The position numbers were made by a program, and so were the translations under genes. This document shows, piece by piece, positions 1-9,881 of a stretch of 64,000 nt of DNA (position 1 is the first letter of the stretch; the number at the start of each line of letters is the position of its first letter). This DNA is from an uncultured Pelagibacteraceae bacterium. GTDB taxonomy: Bacteria; Pseudomonadota; Alphaproteobacteria; Pelagibacterales; Pelagibacteraceae. Location: NCBI GenBank assembly GCA_902558815.1, contig CACEFF010000004.1:25798-89797 (forward strand). Reading direction: 5' to 3'. The notes beneath the pieces were generated by a model. That model saw only the letters and a list, made by a program, of their open reading frames with translations, did not search any database and was not told the DNA's origin.

Positions 1-283
1 CAGAAATCTGCGTGCCTGGTATTCCAAGAAGATTATGTTCTATCTTTTGAAAGTACTCTCCGTATATATTAAGTCTATATTCAAATATTAAGTATTCTAT
101 CCCAATGTTTCCTGTAATTCTGTTAGATTCAGGAATTATTATTTTTGAGCTAGAATCTTTAGATGCTTTTAAAAAACATTCATCAAAAGTTTTACATGGA
201 ACAATTTCAGCTTTTGGATCAATTGATAAAGCAGCTAAATGAGAATAAGCACCAAATGTACCTTGAAAAAAAATTTTACTCAT
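1..283 (-). CDS. pheA: Prephenate dehydratase, N-terminal part (runs off window start)
   Basis: Manual translation from ATG at 283-281: MSKIFFQGTFGAYSHLAA...VPCKTFDECF...IPESNRITG, matching the PDT N-terminal QGxxGAYS motif. ATG overlaps the kdsB stop (TAATG). Confidence 0.88.
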   Translation of the reverse strand, partial: MSKIFFQGTFGAYSHLAALSIDPKAEIVPCKTFDECFLKASKDSSSKIIIPESNRITGNIGIEYLIFEYRLNIYGEYFQKIEHNLLGIPGTQIS

Positions 284-1017
284 TAGGACTTATATTCCAT
301 AATCTTTTTTATAGCCACAAAATCCTCCTTAGTATCCACTCCTATAGGTGAGGATTTTGCGAGAGCAACATTTATATTTATATTATTATCTAGAGCCCTT
401 AATTGCTCTAATTTATATTTTATTTCATTTGTAGTCTGGTTAAGTGAAATAAATTTTTCAAGTGTTTCTAATTGATAACAGTAAATACCTAAATGATGGT
501 ATATATTTTTATTTGGTAGATTTATTTTTCTCATAAAATTTACCGCTTCAGGAAATTCTGAATTTCCTAAATTTTCTTTTGTTTCAACCTTAACAATATT
601 TTGCCGGTTTAAAAAATCTTTATCAAGAATATTTGACGCCAGAGTCCCAAGCCTACACTTAGCTTTGATCATTTGAATATGTAATTTTTGAATATCCTTA
701 ATATTCATTAAAGGCTCGTCTCCTTGTAAGTTCATTACTAATTCAACATCTTTCTTTCCAAGCTTTTTTAGCGCCTCATAAATTCTGTCTGTACCAGTTT
801 TATGGTTATTACTAGTCAGTATTGCTTGTCCTCCATTTTTTTTAACATCTTCAATAATTTCTTTATCTTCAGCTGCTACAAAAACTTCTCCAATATTTGC
901 TTCTTCAGCTTTTTTAAAAACATGCGAAATGATTGATAAACCATTAATTTTAAGTAGTGGTTTACCTGGTAACCTAGTGGCCGATAATCTAGAGGGAATT
1001 ATAATTAATGTTTTCAT
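283..1017 (-). CDS. kdsB: 3-deoxy-manno-octulosonate cytidylyltransferase
   Basis: IIPSRLSATRLPGKPL, TGTDRI, NLQGDEP, LEQLRAL, GVDT motifs. Confidence 0.96.
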   Translation of the reverse strand: MKTLIIIPSRLSATRLPGKPLLKINGLSIISHVFKKAEEANIGEVFVAAEDKEIIEDVKKNGGQAILTSNNHKTGTDRIYEALKKLGKKDVELVMNLQGDEPLMNIKDIQKLHIQMIKAKCRLGTLASNILDKDFLNRQNIVKVETKENLGNSEFPEAVNFMRKINLPNKNIYHHLGIYCYQLETLEKFISLNQTTNEIKYKLEQLRALDNNININVALAKSSPIGVDTKEDFVAIKKIMEYKS

Positions 1018-1124
1018 TCTTTTTTTTATTATGATTTAGATTATAAACAGAGGCAAAATTGTACATATAAATATAAGCAATTTTTTATTTATAGTGTTAT
1101 ACGTTCAAAATAAAATTTTATAAA

Positions 1125-1664
1125 ATGGATTCTTTTGAAATAAATAAGATAGTTGCTGCTGTTTTAATGGTTGCTCTATTAATAATTGGAATAAGCAAGA
1201 TTTCAGATATAGTTTTTCATGTGGAAAAACCTGAAACTCCTAGTTATGCTGTAGAGGTGGAACAAGTTGCATCTAGTTCTATTTCTGAGGTAAAACCTAC
1301 TGATGATAAAATAGATATTGCAGCTCTCTTAGCAATGGGAGAAGTTTCTCACGGGGAGAAAGTTTTCAAAAAGTGTGCAGCTTGTCACTCGATTGTTAAA
1401 GATGGAAAAAATAATATAGGTCCAGCTTTGTATAATGTGGTTGGCAGAAAAGTTGGAATTATAAGTGATTACAAATATTCTAAAGCACTATCTGGATATG
1501 AAAAAGAATGGACCTTTGAAGAATTAAATGGTTATTTAATAAAACCAGCAAAATGGATTAAAGGAACTAAAATGGCTTTTGCTGGATTAAGGAAGGAAAA
1601 GGATAGAGCTTCAGTTATTAAATATCTGAATCAAAATTCGGATAATCCTTTGCCGCTACCTTAG
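1125..1664 (+). CDS. cycM: Membrane-anchored class I cytochrome c (CycM / cytochrome cy type)
   Basis: MDSFEINK start plus TM helix, CAACH heme motif, GPAL, GTKMAFAG distal Met. Confidence 0.9.
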   Translation: MDSFEINKIVAAVLMVALLIIGISKISDIVFHVEKPETPSYAVEVEQVASSSISEVKPTDDKIDIAALLAMGEVSHGEKVFKKCAACHSIVKDGKNNIGPALYNVVGRKVGIISDYKYSKALSGYEKEWTFEELNGYLIKPAKWIKGTKMAFAGLRKEKDRASVIKYLNQNSDNPLPLP

Positions 1665-2585
1665 TTTTCCAAAACAATATAATAATATACTTTTTTGAAC
1701 GTGGACTCTGTTAAGAGCTTGTTGCCAAACTTTAGATTGCTTGCTTTTAAAAACAATATCATCTACCTCAGTTCCTCTTGGAAGGCAGTGTAAAAAGATA
1801 GCATCTCGTTTAGCAATTTTCATTAATTTTTGAGTGATTTTAAATCTTTTAAAATAACTTAATTTCTTCTTTTTATTAACTTTATCATTTAAAGAGATTA
1901 CTTTATCAGAAAAAATAACATCAGCACCCATTGCTGCTTTTTTAGGATCATAATATACAGAAACTTTATTCTTATTATTTTTTATATAACTTAAAATTTT
2001 TTTATTAGGTTGATAGTTCTTCGGACAACCAATGTTTAGTTTAAAAGAAAATTTGATAGAAGCCGCAATTAAACTGTATAGAACATTATTAGAATCACCA
2101 ATCCAAGTAATATTTAGTTTTGATATTGGTTTTTTTTTTATTTCTTCTATCGTAAAAATATCACTCAAAATTTGGCAAGGATGTTCTAACGGTGAAAGAG
2201 AATTTATAACAGGAATTGAAAGATATCTTTTAAATTCTTTTAATTTTTCATCACTATCAGTTCTAAGCATGAAAGCATTTCCAAAAGTAGACAATATTTT
2301 TGCTGTATCTTTAATACTTTCATCACCTTTTGACAGATGTAACTCATCTGGTCTAAGCGTTAAAGTACTACCTCCTAATTGTTTAATTGCTAAATAAAAG
2401 CTTAATCTAGTTCTTAAACTAGATTTTTCAAACATCTGAATTAATAATTTTCCTTTAAGTGGTGCACCTTTATCAACCTCTAAGGTACTTAATTTTTTTC
2501 TGAGATTTTTTCTTTTTTTAGCATCAATCAAAATTTTACGTAAGTTTTTGGGAGAGATATCTTTTAAATTAATGAAATGTTTCAT
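1656..2585 (-). CDS. argF: Ornithine carbamoyltransferase (atypical motifs)
   Basis: FEKSSLRTR, HPCQ, GDSNN, FLHCLP; directly downstream of argD. Confidence 0.88.
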   Translation of the reverse strand: MKHFINLKDISPKNLRKILIDAKKRKNLRKKLSTLEVDKGAPLKGKLLIQMFEKSSLRTRLSFYLAIKQLGGSTLTLRPDELHLSKGDESIKDTAKILSTFGNAFMLRTDSDEKLKEFKRYLSIPVINSLSPLEHPCQILSDIFTIEEIKKKPISKLNITWIGDSNNVLYSLIAASIKFSFKLNIGCPKNYQPNKKILSYIKNNKNKVSVYYDPKKAAMGADVIFSDKVISLNDKVNKKKKLSYFKRFKITQKLMKIAKRDAIFLHCLPRGTEVDDIVFKSKQSKVWQQALNRVHVQKSILLYCFGKLR

Positions 2586-3752
2586 TTAATCAAATTCCGA
2601 GCAAACTTTATTGATAATTTTTAAAGCTTGATTTATTTCATTTTTTTTCACATTTAGTGGAGGTAAAATTCTAACAACATTCTCAGCAGCTCTAATTGTT
2701 AGTAATTTATTTTTCATTAAAGCTTGAATAAAATTTGATTGATCTTTATAAAGTACCATACCAATTAAAAATCCTCTGCCTCTTATTTCTTTAATTATTT
2801 TTGGAAATTTATTTTTTGTCTTATTTAATTCACTATGAAAATAAGTCGAATTTATTTTTATTGTTTTTAAAAAAGATTTTTTAGAAATTATATCTAAAAC
2901 TGTATTTCCTATTCTCATTGCTAATGGATTTCCGCCAAATGTAGAACCATGTGTACCAGCAGTCATTCCTTTAGCAACTTTTTTATTCATTAAGACTGCT
3001 CCTATGGGAAATCCACCTCCAATACCTTTAGCAATTGGAACTATATCTGGTTTTACTTTTGATTTTTCAAATGCAAAAAAATCTCCTGTTCTACCAATGC
3101 CACATTGAACTTCATCTAGAATCAACAATATTTTTTTTTTATTACATAACTTTCTAAGTTCTCTAATGCACCAATCAGGTATTTCTTTAATTCCCCCTTC
3201 ACCCATGATTGTTTCTACCATTATTGCAGCTGTTTTCTTATTAATTAATTTTTTTAGTTTTTTGTGATCCCCAAAATTGAAGTGGTCAAAACCTTGAATT
3301 TTAGGTCCAAAACCCTCAGTCATTTTTTTTGATCCACTTGCAAAAATGGCAGCTAAAGTTCTGCCATGAAATGAATTTTTAATACAAATTATTCTGTTTT
3401 TTTCTGGTTTTCCTATTGAATAAAAATATCTTCTTGCAATTTTTATTGCTGCTTCTGTAGCTTCAGTACCACTATTTTGAAATATGACATAATCTGCAAA
3501 AGTTTTTTTTGCTAATTTTTTTGCAAGTAATTCACCCTCAGGAATAATAAAAGCATTGGATACATGCCATAGTTTTTTTGACTGATTATTCATTGCTTTA
3601 ATCAATTTAGGATGAGCGTGGCCTAAAGAGTTTACGGCGATGCCTTGTACAAAATCTAAATATTTAGTTCCATTAGCAGTATATAGAAAACTTCCTTGAC
3701 CTTTTGAAAATGAAATTTTTTTTCTATTATAATTTTTTGCTAAATTACTCAT
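2586..3752 (-). CDS. argD: Acetylornithine aminotransferase
   Basis: NSGTEA, FHGRT, DEVQCG, AKGIGGG, HGSTFGGNP. Confidence 0.95.
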   Translation of the reverse strand: MSNLAKNYNRKKISFSKGQGSFLYTANGTKYLDFVQGIAVNSLGHAHPKLIKAMNNQSKKLWHVSNAFIIPEGELLAKKLAKKTFADYVIFQNSGTEATEAAIKIARRYFYSIGKPEKNRIICIKNSFHGRTLAAIFASGSKKMTEGFGPKIQGFDHFNFGDHKKLKKLINKKTAAIMVETIMGEGGIKEIPDWCIRELRKLCNKKKILLILDEVQCGIGRTGDFFAFEKSKVKPDIVPIAKGIGGGFPIGAVLMNKKVAKGMTAGTHGSTFGGNPLAMRIGNTVLDIISKKSFLKTIKINSTYFHSELNKTKNKFPKIIKEIRGRGFLIGMVLYKDQSNFIQALMKNKLLTIRAAENVVRILPPLNVKKNEINQALKIINKVCSEFD

Positions 3753-3830
3753 TAAGTAAACTTTTTATAATTAAAATATCTAGATACAAGCGGCGATTGA
3801 AAATAAAATGTAATTAATTTTATGATTTTT

Positions 3831-3839
3831 TGTGCATAA
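3831..3839 (-). promoter_or_regulatory. Putative DnaA box upstream of gcrA
   Basis: + strand TGTGCATAA = TTATGCACA, which fits the TTATNCACA consensus; 82 bp upstream of gcrA ATG. Confidence 0.5.
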
Positions 3840-3921
3840 CTTTAAATTCTCACTTGTTGATTTAAGTTTTATAACATTATATTGTATAAATAATAAATTA
3901 TTACACAATATATAGTAAATT

Positions 3922-4416
3922 ATGAGTTGGACAGAAGAAAAAGTAAAAAAATTAAAAGATCTTTGGGGAAAAGGTAATACGGCTAGTCAAATTGCTGAAA
4001 TTATTGGAGGAGTAAGTAGAAATGCTGTTATAGGGAAAGCTCATAGACTTAACTTGTCTGCAAAAATAAAAACTCGTTCAGTGGGTTTAAACCAAAATTT
4101 AAAAAATTTTAATGAAAATAAAAACGACAGTTTTAAAAAAGTTCGAAAAAGTAAGTTTAAATCTTTAATAATAGAAAAAGACTTTGAACCTGAAAATCCA
4201 AAACAACTAGAAGAACTAGATGAGGGGTCATGTAAATGGCCAATAGGACACCCTGATGAAAAATCTTTCTACTTTTGTGGAAGATCATCTCTTAAAGATT
4301 TTTCATATTGCAAATTACATCTCCTCTTTGCATATCAGCCAAAAGGTAAAAAAGAAGATTTGTCTAAAAAAGAAGATGTACCAGATTTTATTCAAAAAAA
4401 AATTCAATCAGCATAA
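3922..4416 (+). CDS. gcrA: GcrA cell-cycle regulator
   Basis: MSWTEEKV..LKDLW..G.TASQIA..IGGVSRNAVIGKAHRL; C-terminal CKWPIG/FCG/YCKLH; divergent from argD. Confidence 0.96.
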   Translation: MSWTEEKVKKLKDLWGKGNTASQIAEIIGGVSRNAVIGKAHRLNLSAKIKTRSVGLNQNLKNFNENKNDSFKKVRKSKFKSLIIEKDFEPENPKQLEELDEGSCKWPIGHPDEKSFYFCGRSSLKDFSYCKLHLLFAYQPKGKKEDLSKKEDVPDFIQKKIQSA

Positions 4417-4435
4417 AATAAGTTAGTAAAAAATA

Positions 4436-5407
4436 TTATTTAGTATTTTTTGAATTGTATTTTTCTGTTGAGTACTGACCTCCTGCTTTCCACATGTAAC
4501 AGTATTTCTTTACCTCACTACTAAAAAAAAGTTTACTTGGTATGCCAATATCAAAATTAGTTTTATATTTTCCTGAAGTAATATTATCATATTTTAAAAG
4601 TCTCAACTGATCTCTTGTTAGTAGTGGTTTAGGAAATAACTGAAAAAAATTAGCTGTTATATTTGCAAGAAATATTGGAAGGGAAAGTAAAATTCTTTTT
4701 TTTCCAATTAAATTTAATAATTTTTCTACAATCTCTTTAAAAGTAATTGTTTCAGGACCTACGCATTCAATAATTTTAGAATTTATATCTTTTGTAATCA
4801 CATGATAAATTATTTCTGTCAAATCATCACAGTGGATTGGCATAAATTTAGTTTTTCCTGAATGATATAAAGGGAAAATTGGTAGAATATTTAACAAACT
4901 CATTAAGTTTGTTGTAAAATTATCATCAACAGAATAAACTATAGATGGTCTTAGAATAGTTGTTAAAGGAAAATTTATTTGAATATTTTTTTCACCATCT
5001 AATTTACTTTTCGCATAATCAGAGTCTTTTGCGTCATTTATCCCAAGAGCAGAAATGTGTATAAATTTTTTCAAATTATATTCTTTACATAACTTTGAAA
5101 GTAAAGAGGGGAATAAATTATGTATATTGTTAAAAGAGTTTAATCTTTTTTTTTCGAATAATATCCCCACTAAATTTATACATACGTCTGCTTTTTCAAA
5201 AAGTTTTCTTAATTTGGTTTCATCAAAAATGCTTGATTCGACAATTTCAATGTAACCTGCGTTAGCTTGAGTTTTAATTAAGTAGCTTTTTTGGTGTATA
5301 TTTCTTGTAACTACAGTAACAGTATAGTTATTTTTAGTTAACTTTCTAATAAGATGTCTTCCAATTTGACCACTTCCACCAAAAATTAGACAATTTTTTG
5401 CTTTCAT
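4436..5407 (-). CDS. Complex I NDUFA9-like NAD(P)-binding SDR protein
   Basis: FGGSGQIG Rossmann motif, INLVGIL, YAKSK, LRPSIVY, LTRDQLRLL. Confidence 0.85.
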   Translation of the reverse strand: MKAKNCLIFGGSGQIGRHLIRKLTKNNYTVTVVTRNIHQKSYLIKTQANAGYIEIVESSIFDETKLRKLFEKADVCINLVGILFEKKRLNSFNNIHNLFPSLLSKLCKEYNLKKFIHISALGINDAKDSDYAKSKLDGEKNIQINFPLTTILRPSIVYSVDDNFTTNLMSLLNILPIFPLYHSGKTKFMPIHCDDLTEIIYHVITKDINSKIIECVGPETITFKEIVEKLLNLIGKKRILLSLPIFLANITANFFQLFPKPLLTRDQLRLLKYDNITSGKYKTNFDIGIPSKLFFSSEVKKYCYMWKAGGQYSTEKYNSKNTK

Positions 5408-5423
5408 ATATATATGTTTAAAA

Positions 5424-6035
5424 ATGAGTGTTGATATTAAACTTCATAAAAATGATTTACCAGATGGTTTAGACTTAGGCAATACTATAGCTGTTGATGG
5501 CGAATTTATGGGTCTAGATCTCAAAAGAGATCCACTTTGCCTACTTCAGATCTCCTCTGGAAACTCTGATGCTCACATAGTGCAACTTAATAGGAAAAAT
5601 TATGATGCTCCAAATTTGAAAAAAATTTTATCTGACGAAAATGTCACAAAAATTTTTCATTTTGGGAGAGCAGATATTGCTCATATAAAATTTTATTTAA
5701 AGATCGATACAAATAATATTCTAGATACTAAAATTGCCTCAAAACTTGCAAGATCTTATTCGGATAACCACTCTCTTAAAACTTTAATTAAAGAATTTAT
5801 TAATATTGATATAAGTAAACAATTTCAAAGTTCCGACTTTGGGGGAGATTTAACTCCAGCTCAATTAAAATATTGTGCTAATGATGTTTTATATCTTCAT
5901 AAAATTCACGATGAATTAAAAAAAATATTAGTTAGAGAAAATCGAATAACTTTATATGAAGATTGCTTAAAATTTATTAAAACTAGAGTCAATCTTGATA
6001 TAGCCATGTTTAAAGAAGATATTTGGTCACATTAA
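5424..6035 (+). CDS. rnd: Ribonuclease D (3'-5' exonuclease)
   Basis: AVDGEFMG, KIFHFGRAD, DTKIASKL, YCANDV. Confidence 0.9.
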   Translation: MSVDIKLHKNDLPDGLDLGNTIAVDGEFMGLDLKRDPLCLLQISSGNSDAHIVQLNRKNYDAPNLKKILSDENVTKIFHFGRADIAHIKFYLKIDTNNILDTKIASKLARSYSDNHSLKTLIKEFINIDISKQFQSSDFGGDLTPAQLKYCANDVLYLHKIHDELKKILVRENRITLYEDCLKFIKTRVNLDIAMFKEDIWSH

Positions 6036-6041
6036 TAAATT

Positions 6042-7007
6042 ATGAGAAATGAAAATATCGAAATAGGTAAGAATGTAATTGATCTACAGATTAAAGCTCT
6101 AAAAAAATTGAAGTTTTCAATAGAGGGATCGTTTGATAAGGCGGTAAATACAATAATCAAATGTAAATCAAAAATTATAATTTGTGGAGTTGGTAAAAGT
6201 GGGATCATAGCCTCGAAAATCTCAGCTACTTTATCCTCTGTTGGAACACCTTCATTTTCAATATCTGCAAATGATTGTTCTCATGGAGATTTGGGACGAA
6301 TTACCAAAAATGATATTTTAATATTAATTAGCTATTCTGGCAATACTTCAGAATTAAAAAATATAATTAAGTATGCAAAAATAAATAAGATCCCTCTAAT
6401 TGGAATAGTTTCTAATAAAGACTCTTTATTGTATAGATCGTCAAATATTAAATTATTTATTCCGGAAGTAACAGAATCTGGTTATGGCATAGTACCAACA
6501 TCTAGCACTACTATTCAACTTTCAATAGGTGATGCACTTGCCATAGCTTTGATGAATAAAAAAAAGTTTGGCAAACTTGATTTTAAAAAATTTCATCCTT
6601 CTGGAAATTTGGGTAATAAGCTTAAAACAGCAAGTGATATTATGCTTACTAAAAGTAAAATTCCATTTATTAATGAAAATCAATATATGAAAAAAGCTTT
6701 GAAAGTTATAAATATTAAACGGTTGGGCTTTTTAGTAGTCATCAACAATCAAGGCTTAACTAATGGTGTTTTTACTGATGGAGACTTAAAGCGATTAATG
6801 CAAAGAAAAAATAGAATTGAAAATCTAAAGATAAAATCATTTATGACAAAAAAACCTTATAGTGTTGAAAAAAATACATTGGCATCGGAAATTTTATTTC
6901 AAATGAATAAACGTAAAATTACAAATGTATGTGTACACGAGAAAGAAAATAAAAGAAAAACTATTGGAGTAATCCATATACACAATCTTTTGAATAATTT
7001 AGGATAA
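6042..7007 (+). CDS. kdsD: Arabinose-5-phosphate isomerase (KpsF/GutQ family)
   Basis: GVGKSG, HGDLG, PTSST, FHPSG plus CBS pair. Confidence 0.93.
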   Translation: MRNENIEIGKNVIDLQIKALKKLKFSIEGSFDKAVNTIIKCKSKIIICGVGKSGIIASKISATLSSVGTPSFSISANDCSHGDLGRITKNDILILISYSGNTSELKNIIKYAKINKIPLIGIVSNKDSLLYRSSNIKLFIPEVTESGYGIVPTSSTTIQLSIGDALAIALMNKKKFGKLDFKKFHPSGNLGNKLKTASDIMLTKSKIPFINENQYMKKALKVINIKRLGFLVVINNQGLTNGVFTDGDLKRLMQRKNRIENLKIKSFMTKKPYSVEKNTLASEILFQMNKRKITNVCVHEKENKRKTIGVIHIHNLLNNLG

Positions 7008-7014
7008 ACAATTA

Positions 7015-7593
7015 ATGAAAAAAAAATTTCAGTTTTTTCTTTTTTCATTAATCATATTAATTTCATTAGTTTTCTACAATTCGTATTTTAAATCTCCTAC
7101 AGATCAAAGGTCTAATGATTTAACTGAAAAAGATGAAACAAAGCCAGTGGTTGGCAAAAATAACGTTATTAAGAACTTAAAATATGACGTGAAATTTGAT
7201 GATAATAGTAAATATAGTATATCATCTAAAATTAGTGAGATCACTAATACTAACGATAATGAAATTGTAATAATGAAAGATGTAGCTGCAGAATTTAATG
7301 ATGGTAAAAATCCAACAATATATATTACTTCAGACACAGCAACCTTTAATAATAGCTCATTTAACACAAGTTTTGAAACTAATGTAAGAGTAGAGTATAT
7401 GGAAAATGTAATTACATCTGATAATTTAGATTTAAATTTTAAAAAAAATAATGTTTATATTTATAATAATGTTTTATATGAGGGATTAACAGGATTAATG
7501 AAAACTGACAATATACTAATCAATTTGTTTACGAAGGATGCTGAAATTTTTATGAATAGTCCAGCAAAAAAAGTGGAGATATCCTCAAAGTAA
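7015..7593 (+). CDS. lptC: LPS export periplasmic protein LptC
   Basis: N-terminal TM helix followed by a beta-rich region; lies between kdsD and lptB. Confidence 0.7.
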   Translation: MKKKFQFFLFSLIILISLVFYNSYFKSPTDQRSNDLTEKDETKPVVGKNNVIKNLKYDVKFDDNSKYSISSKISEITNTNDNEIVIMKDVAAEFNDGKNPTIYITSDTATFNNSSFNTSFETNVRVEYMENVITSDNLDLNFKKNNVYIYNNVLYEGLTGLMKTDNILINLFTKDAEIFMNSPAKKVEISSK

Positions 7594-7599
7594 AATTAT

Positions 7600-8373
7600 A
7601 TGTCAAATATTAAAAAATTTAGAATAAAATCATTTAAGAATAAATCAATTTTAAAACTTGAAAAGGTTTCTTTAAAATATGGAAGAAATAGTATCTTAGA
7701 CAACTTGTCCCTAAGCTTAAATCAAGGGCAAATTTTAGGATTACTTGGTCCGAATGGTGTGGGTAAGACAACTATATTTAATCTAATTACTGGACTTATA
7801 TCTCCTGATTTTGGATCAATAATGATTAATTCTAAGGTAGTAAATGAATACCCAATATATCAAAGGACTTTAAAGTTTAAAATTGGGTTTGTTCCGCAAC
7901 ATGGGGGTTATTTTCACGATTTAACGGTTTATGAAAATTTGAAAGCTATAGCAGAAATTACCATTGAAAATGCAAGTTATAGAAATGAAAAAATTGACTC
8001 ATTAATATCTAAATTTGAATTAGATCCTATAAGAGATATTAAAGCTAAATTTTTATCTGGAGGTCAAAAAAAGAAATTGGTAATAGCCATATCATTAATT
8101 TCTGAGCCAAAAATACTTCTTTTAGATGAGCCTTTTGCAGCATTAGACGTAATGACTATAAAAACACTACAAGAAATAATTGTTAATTTACAAACTTTAA
8201 ATAACATTTCTGTTATATTGTGTGATCACCAAGCTAGGGATCTGCTTGCTTGTGTTGACACTGCTGCAATAATTCATAATGGAAAAGTAGTAGCAGAAGG
8301 AACTCCTACAAGTTTAATTCAAAATATAGAAGCTAAAAATGCTTATTTTGGAGAGTCATTCAAGATAAGTTGA
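7600..8373 (+). CDS. lptB: LPS export ABC transporter ATPase
   Basis: GPNGVGKTT, LSGGQ, LLDEPF, DH motif; context. Confidence 0.88.
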   Translation: MSNIKKFRIKSFKNKSILKLEKVSLKYGRNSILDNLSLSLNQGQILGLLGPNGVGKTTIFNLITGLISPDFGSIMINSKVVNEYPIYQRTLKFKIGFVPQHGGYFHDLTVYENLKAIAEITIENASYRNEKIDSLISKFELDPIRDIKAKFLSGGQKKKLVIAISLISEPKILLLDEPFAALDVMTIKTLQEIIVNLQTLNNISVILCDHQARDLLACVDTAAIIHNGKVVAEGTPTSLIQNIEAKNAYFGESFKIS

Positions 8374-8383
8374 TTTACAATTA

Positions 8384-9709
8384 ATGAAAAATAGCATTGA
8401 AATTTCAAGATTAATAAAACCTTTTAAAAAAAATCTGGATATCGAAGGTGATAAAAGTTTATCTATAAGATGGGCTCTAATTGCATCACAGGCAAATGGT
8501 AAATCAAAATCATTTAATTTGTTAAAGTCAGAAGATGTCATCAATACACTAAAGTGTCTTAAAAAACTTGGTATCAAAATTAAATTATTTAATAATTTTT
8601 GTGAAATAACAGGAAATGGTCTCAATGGTTTCAATTATAAAAGAAATATAACTTTAAATGCAGGTAACTCTGGAACATTAAGCCGACTGATTATGGGTTT
8701 ATTAGTTCATAGTAAAAATCCAATCAAAATTATTGGAGACAAAAGTCTTTCAAAAAGAGATTTTGCAAGAGTAACTACGCCACTAAGATTATTTGGTGCA
8801 AACTTTAAAACTAATTCAGGGAAATTGCCAATTACAATTACTGGAACAGATTGTTCAAAACCAATTAAATATTTAGAGAACAGGGGTTCTGCTCAATGCA
8901 AAAGTACTATCATGCTTGCAGCTTTAAATACTAAAGGGGAAACACTTATAAAGGCAAAAAAGTCTAGAGATCATACTGAAATAATTTTTAGAAATCTCAA
9001 TTTACCAATTAAAATAACAAAAAAAAAAAAATTCGATTTAATTAAGATTAAAGGGAAAAAAAGAATTAAACCTTTTAATTATAAGATTCCATCAGATATA
9101 AGCTCAAGTGCTTTTTTTATTGTTTTAACTGCACTCTCTAAAAATTCTAAATTGAATATTAAAAACGTTAACATAAACCCGACTAGAATAGGAATTCTTA
9201 AAATTTTAAAAATGATGGGTGTAAAAATACTGATTAAAAAAATAAGATTTTATAAAGGTGAAAAAATTGCAAATTTATTAATAGAGAGCACAAAAAATTT
9301 TAATGCTATCAATTGTCCTACAATATTAAATAGTTCAGCGATTGATGAATTCTTATTAATTTTTTTAGTTGCTGCTAAAGCCAAAGGAGTTTCGAATTTT
9401 AAAAAACTTTCTGAACTTAATCAAAAAGAAAGTCCAAGATTAAAGTGGGGTTCTAGAATTTTGAACAAAATGGGAGTCAAAACAGTTCTTACTAAAGATA
9501 GTATAAAAATTTACGGTAATCCAAATCTAGAAATAAAAAAGGATATAATTATTAAAGATTACTTAAAGGACCATAGAGTTTTTATGGCTAGCACCATTGC
9601 TGCTCTTACTCTTGGTGGTAGATGGAAAATTTATGATAGAAGTTCTATAAAAACATCATTTCCATCATTTATTAATAAGATAAAAAAACTTGGTGCTAAA
9701 ATTTATTAA
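8384..9709 (+). CDS. aroA: EPSP synthase
   Basis: GDKSLS, NAGNSGT, SAQCKS, RDHTE, KESPR, DHRV. Confidence 0.95.
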   Translation: MKNSIEISRLIKPFKKNLDIEGDKSLSIRWALIASQANGKSKSFNLLKSEDVINTLKCLKKLGIKIKLFNNFCEITGNGLNGFNYKRNITLNAGNSGTLSRLIMGLLVHSKNPIKIIGDKSLSKRDFARVTTPLRLFGANFKTNSGKLPITITGTDCSKPIKYLENRGSAQCKSTIMLAALNTKGETLIKAKKSRDHTEIIFRNLNLPIKITKKKKFDLIKIKGKKRIKPFNYKIPSDISSSAFFIVLTALSKNSKLNIKNVNINPTRIGILKILKMMGVKILIKKIRFYKGEKIANLLIESTKNFNAINCPTILNSSAIDEFLLIFLVAAKAKGVSNFKKLSELNQKESPRLKWGSRILNKMGVKTVLTKDSIKIYGNPNLEIKKDIIIKDYLKDHRVFMASTIAALTLGGRWKIYDRSSIKTSFPSFINKIKKLGAKIY

Positions 9710-9881
9710 AGTTCTACATCAAGAAATTCATGTCCAAAAACCTTAAAAAATCAATAAAATATCAATTATTTATCACTTAAAACTAATTTTAAACTAAATT
9801 GAGTATTGATTATGATGTCAAATTTATCTAAAAGATCCAAGTTTTAAAAACAATATTTATATTAGGAAATAAAGTTAATTA

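Noticed and set aside
9019-9031. A13 tract in aroA (similar A13 at 14847-14859 in trpA) as a phase-variation site
   Set aside because: Both are in frame, encode poly-Lys in housekeeping genes, and are expected at this base composition.
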